This document shows positions 63,001-64,000 of a stretch of DNA of 64,000 nucleotides, piece after piece. The stretch's first letter is position 1. Each line of letters starts with the position of its first letter. This stretch comes from Azolla caroliniana (Eukaryota; Plantae; Polypodiophyta). The stretch is from positions 12,276,001-12,340,000 of the forward strand of contig JBHGNT010000010.1 of the NCBI GenBank assembly GCA_043228905.1, read 5' to 3'. The position numbers and the translations under genes were made by a program. Under the pieces are notes generated by a model. The model worked only from the letters and a program-made list of their open reading frames with translations, was not told the origin of the DNA and did no database searches.

Positions 63001-64000
63001 GAGGATACTCCCAAGTTAAGCGTGAACTTTGGGGTGTCGTTTCGGCAGTCAAGGCCGACAAGGATTATCTGATCGGAACGGAGGTGATCATCAAGACGGA
63101 CTGCCTGCTGATACTCGGCATGGTTTCCGGATGCGCGACGCCGGACCTAGCAATGCTCCGGTGGATAGCGTACATTAAGTCCCTGAACCCGGAGATACGA
63201 CAACGTCATGGCCGACATGCTATCGAGGGCAAGGTTCAATGACGAAGACGACATGGTTTCTGTTATCTGTCTGGCCGGACTAGCCTCAACACAGGTGTCT
63301 ATCTGACACTTCTCCAAAGGGGTGGTAAGGATTGGATGGTAGGTTACACGCATAAGATGATTACAATTAAGCACAGACGGTAAACAATACGAGATACAGA
63401 TAAATACGCAATAATTACTATTGTATTACTTCCGTCAAAACACTTTACAAATCATCGGATCCTTTTATAGGCATCCGGCAAGGTTACAATCGGTGCGCTT
63501 AGGAAACCGACATCCGAATCGGTCCGGATCCGGATCGGTACAACTGTTATCCTACTATTATTTACTTCCTATTATCCGATCCGATTCCGCCTTCCCACTT
63601 GTCCTTGCTCTTCTGACCGACCAACACATGGCACGCCCGTGGGAAAGTGCCTTGCACTTCGAATCCACTCCCGGCCTCAGTCTTCCTCCAAAATATCGAG
63701 CAAAGTGTGCTCGATGGTGTCAAGTGGTGCTTCTTCCTCTTGTTCCTGTTCCTTGCCTGCCTGGTCTCTGACCTCCGGTTGGGTAGGCTGTTCTGTAAAA
63801 ATTTGCTGCTCCGGCTCTGCTTGATTCTGTGGTGCCGGTGCTTCCTCACCGCTTCGTCCGGGTTCTTCCTGTTCTCCCTCCATTCCTGGCTCTGTTCTGT
63901 TACCGGTGTCGCTTTCTCCGGTCTCGACTGGTCGACTCGATATGCCTCCTTCCTCTGCTCTGGTGTCTTCCGGTCTCAGCTCTTCTTCTTCTCCGGCATC
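60008..64000. repeat. Chimeric tandem array (periods 1494 and 1471 bp): D RNase H piece + B-family 3' LTR + tRNA-like motif + accessory ORF 3' end
   Basis: Units start GGGGCGAAGG at 60008, 61502 and 62973. LTR copies at 60296-60684, 61790-62155 and 63261-63626. Confidence 0.95.

Overview
Eukaryotic DNA from a plant with flagellated sperm, probably a fern (inference). One host gene is present: a 10-exon CFAP157-like cilia/flagella gene at 5751-9145 (+). LINE and Gypsy remnants lie upstream of it. From about 12.2 kb to the end is a deeply nested LTR-retrotransposon cluster, labelled A-H here. Copia H contains a poly(A)-tailed CUL1 retrocopy that is split by near-intact Gypsy A. H also contains the chain Gypsy C > Gypsy D > Gypsy F > Copia G > Gypsy B, and a very young Copia E sits in an LTR of F. 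A ~1.47-1.49 kb chimeric tandem array runs off the window end. Most notable: the three Athila-like Gypsy families (A, B, C) have no polypurine tract before the 3' LTR. In its place, exactly 2 nt from the LTR, is a conserved tRNA-Arg-like 3' segment (GGGTTCGA-[hairpin]-GTCCCAC-GGGCGTGCCA). This suggests tRNA-primed or tRNA-mimic-primed plus-strand synthesis. These families also share a large accessory ORF downstream of pol. The D/F family shows a conserved candidate -1 frameshift signal after the protease. All identifications were made by eye from recalled family motifs; no database search was run.
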